Shown here in pieces: positions 63,041-64,000 of a stretch of 64,000 nucleotides of DNA. The DNA is taken from the NCBI RefSeq assembly GCF_031537875.1, contig NZ_JAVKNB010000011.1:51329-115328 (forward strand). Reading direction: 5' to 3'. How positions within the stretch are numbered: position 1 is the first letter of the stretch; every line of letters starts with the position of its first letter. Position numbers and translations under genes: made by a program. The notes beneath the pieces were generated by a model. It saw only the letters and a list, made by a program, of their open reading frames with translations, made no database searches and was not told the DNA's origin. Origin of the DNA: Flavobacterium sp. Its GTDB lineage: Bacteria; Bacteroidota; Bacteroidia; Flavobacteriales; Flavobacteriaceae.

Positions 63041-63670
63041 TTATTTACTTGTATTTTTAAGATACATCTGAACAAATTCTAATGATGATTGCCCTTTTTG
63101 TAATGCTAAAGTTAAATCATCAATAATGGAAACGGCTTTTTTTAAGCGTAAGCTTGCATCGCCTGAAAGGGTGATGAAGGGTTTATTGTTGTCAATTAGA
63201 GATTGTTTGAAAACGCTAAAAACAGTTTCTCGTCCTTCGGGTTTGTCACGTAAATCGTCTTTTTCCCAAGGAACATCAATATTGGTTAAGAAAAACAAAT
63301 CGTATTCGTGTTCGCGCGCCGCTTGGTCTAATAAAGGGTCACAATAGTTGTAATACACTTCAGAAAACACTTTGGTTACCATTAAATTCGTATCGCAAAA
63401 AAGATATTGATTGGCAGTTTTTGTTTTTTCATTTTCCAATTGTGTTTGTCCGTACGCAATAGGGAGCATATCATTTACATCGCAAATGGCTTGGTGTTTA
63501 TCCCATTTTTCTTGAAGATAATCGCGTGCAAATTCGGGTACCCAATCGGTTTTGTAATATTCTGCCAATTGTTTTGCCAAAGTAGTTTTCCCAGTACTCT
63601 CGGGACCAAATAAGGCAATCTTTATTATTTTTCTAGCGCCTGTTGGGAGCTGTTTAAGGTTTTCTTCCAT
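63041..63670 (-). CDS. P-loop ATPase/kinase related to the ribosylnicotinamide-kinase domain of NadR
   Basis: Walker A LFGPESTGKTTLAKQLAEYY and its pairing with PnuC. Start set to ATG 63670 (MEENLKQLPTG), which overlaps the pnuC 3' end by 46 nt. Confidence 0.75.
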   Translation of the reverse strand: MEENLKQLPTGARKIIKIALFGPESTGKTTLAKQLAEYYKTDWVPEFARDYLQEKWDKHQAICDVNDMLPIAYGQTQLENEKTKTANQYLFCDTNLMVTKVFSEVYYNYCDPLLDQAAREHEYDLFFLTNIDVPWEKDDLRDKPEGRETVFSVFKQSLIDNNKPFITLSGDASLRLKKAVSIIDDLTLALQKGQSSLEFVQMYLKNTSK

Positions 63671-64000
63671 TCTAAATAGCCGTAAACGGCAACAATTGTA
63701 AATACTACATATTGAAAACTGGTAAAAGTCAATCCTTTTGCAAAATACAACGGAATAGAAATCACATCTCCAATAATCCAAAATACCCAATTTTCAATTT
63801 TTCGTTTAGCCATTAGCCACATTCCAATAAAGAAAATTCCGGTTACAAATGTGTCTATGTAGGCATACCAAGTGTTGAATTTGTTAAAATAGTGGTACAC
63901 AGCGACTACAAATGCGACGGTAAAGATAAAGATAAATAAGGAAATACGTTTTTCATTAATGGAAATTACTGAAATAGGGAATTCTATGGTATCGCCTTTT
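63625..64000 (-). CDS. pnuC: PnuC-family (nicotinamide riboside / possibly thiamine, PnuT-like) transporter, 5' end outside the window
   Basis: The frame is open to the right edge (KGDTIEFPISV...). The C-terminal TM helices carry WVFWIIGDVISIPLYF, typical of PnuC. Confidence 0.8.
   Translation of the reverse strand, partial: KGDTIEFPISVISINEKRISLFIFIFTVAFVVAVYHYFNKFNTWYAYIDTFVTGIFFIGMWLMAKRKIENWVFWIIGDVISIPLYFAKGLTFTSFQYVVFTIVAVYGYLEWKKTLNSSQQALEK

Noticed and set aside
63671-63790. A 40-aa N-terminal extension of the NadR-like ATPase in the ORF track (MGILDYWRCDFYSVVFCKRIDFYQFSICSIYNCCRLRLFR).
   Set aside because: The extension lies wholly within the pnuC coding region in another frame and is Cys/Phe-rich nonsense. 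MEENLKQLPTG at 63670 precedes the P-loop at the usual distance. The N-terminal extensions at 31589-31681 (MMPL), 59492-59548 (greA), 54078-54125 (tyrS), 46116-46133 (GT2), 62971-62994 (arfB), 16917-16958 (lpxH-like) and 19365-19412 (MFS) were trimmed for the same kind of reason.
1-64000. A search for CRISPR arrays, rRNA genes, transposases/integrases, prophage genes, toxin-antitoxin pairs or known defence-system signatures.
   Set aside because: I found no regularly spaced 25-40-bp direct repeats and no rRNA-like sequence. No ORF has DDE, tyrosine- or serine-recombinase, phage structural or typical defence-domain motifs. The window is a PUL plus core-genome neighbourhoods.

Overview
This is an AT-rich chromosomal segment that looks like a Flavobacterium-type genome (Bacteroidota, Flavobacteriia). 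The evidence is a SusC/SusD pair, TTG-N19-TAnnTTTG promoters, no Shine-Dalgarno sequences, A-rich start-codon contexts and many Flavobacteriia-typical DUF families.

**Layout**
- Positions 1-15.3 kb hold a LacI-controlled pectin/rhamnogalacturonan polysaccharide utilization locus (PUL). It contains GH28, SusC, SusD, an alpha/beta esterase, DUF4861, GH105, GH43, a PL10-CE8 fusion and CE12. It ends at a hairpin terminator and a tRNA-Ala(GGC).
- The remaining ~49 kb is mostly core housekeeping. This covers queD, an lpxH-like gene, recJ, rsmI, tdk, rpoN, asnS, frr, pyrH, truB, uppP, ftsX, leuS, hemD, pyrC, tyrS, dgt, greA and arfB.
- Interspersed with these are transporters (MFS, MMPL/RND, CPA2, a TonB-dependent receptor, PnuC), an ECF sigma/anti-sigma/beta-barrel trio, an orphan histidine kinase and several conserved hypothetical proteins.
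- RNA and regulatory features I can support are tRNA-Ala, tRNA-Gln, one clear TPP riboswitch, five full promoters, one ECF-type promoter, two LacI operators and ~15 hairpin terminators.
- I see no rRNA, CRISPR array, transposase/integrase, prophage or recognisable defence island.

**Novelty**
I did not find a convincing novel multigene system. The best leads are:
- (1) the TPP riboswitch with a start-codon-sequestering hairpin, next to a PnuC/NadR-like pair;
- (2) a DUF3127 OB-fold protein carrying an SSB-type acidic ...DDLPF tail;
- (3) an unusually expanded LeuS with low-complexity inserts;
- (4) a family of short 8-9-bp-periodic intergenic elements ending in GTGG(C/T)A(n), which bracket arfB, form a promoter spacer and cluster in a 270-bp convergent spacer;
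- (5) a DUF2723 (TMEM260-like GT-C) protein near a polyprenol-P-mannose synthase.

All family assignments come from motif recognition by eye, not from database searches.
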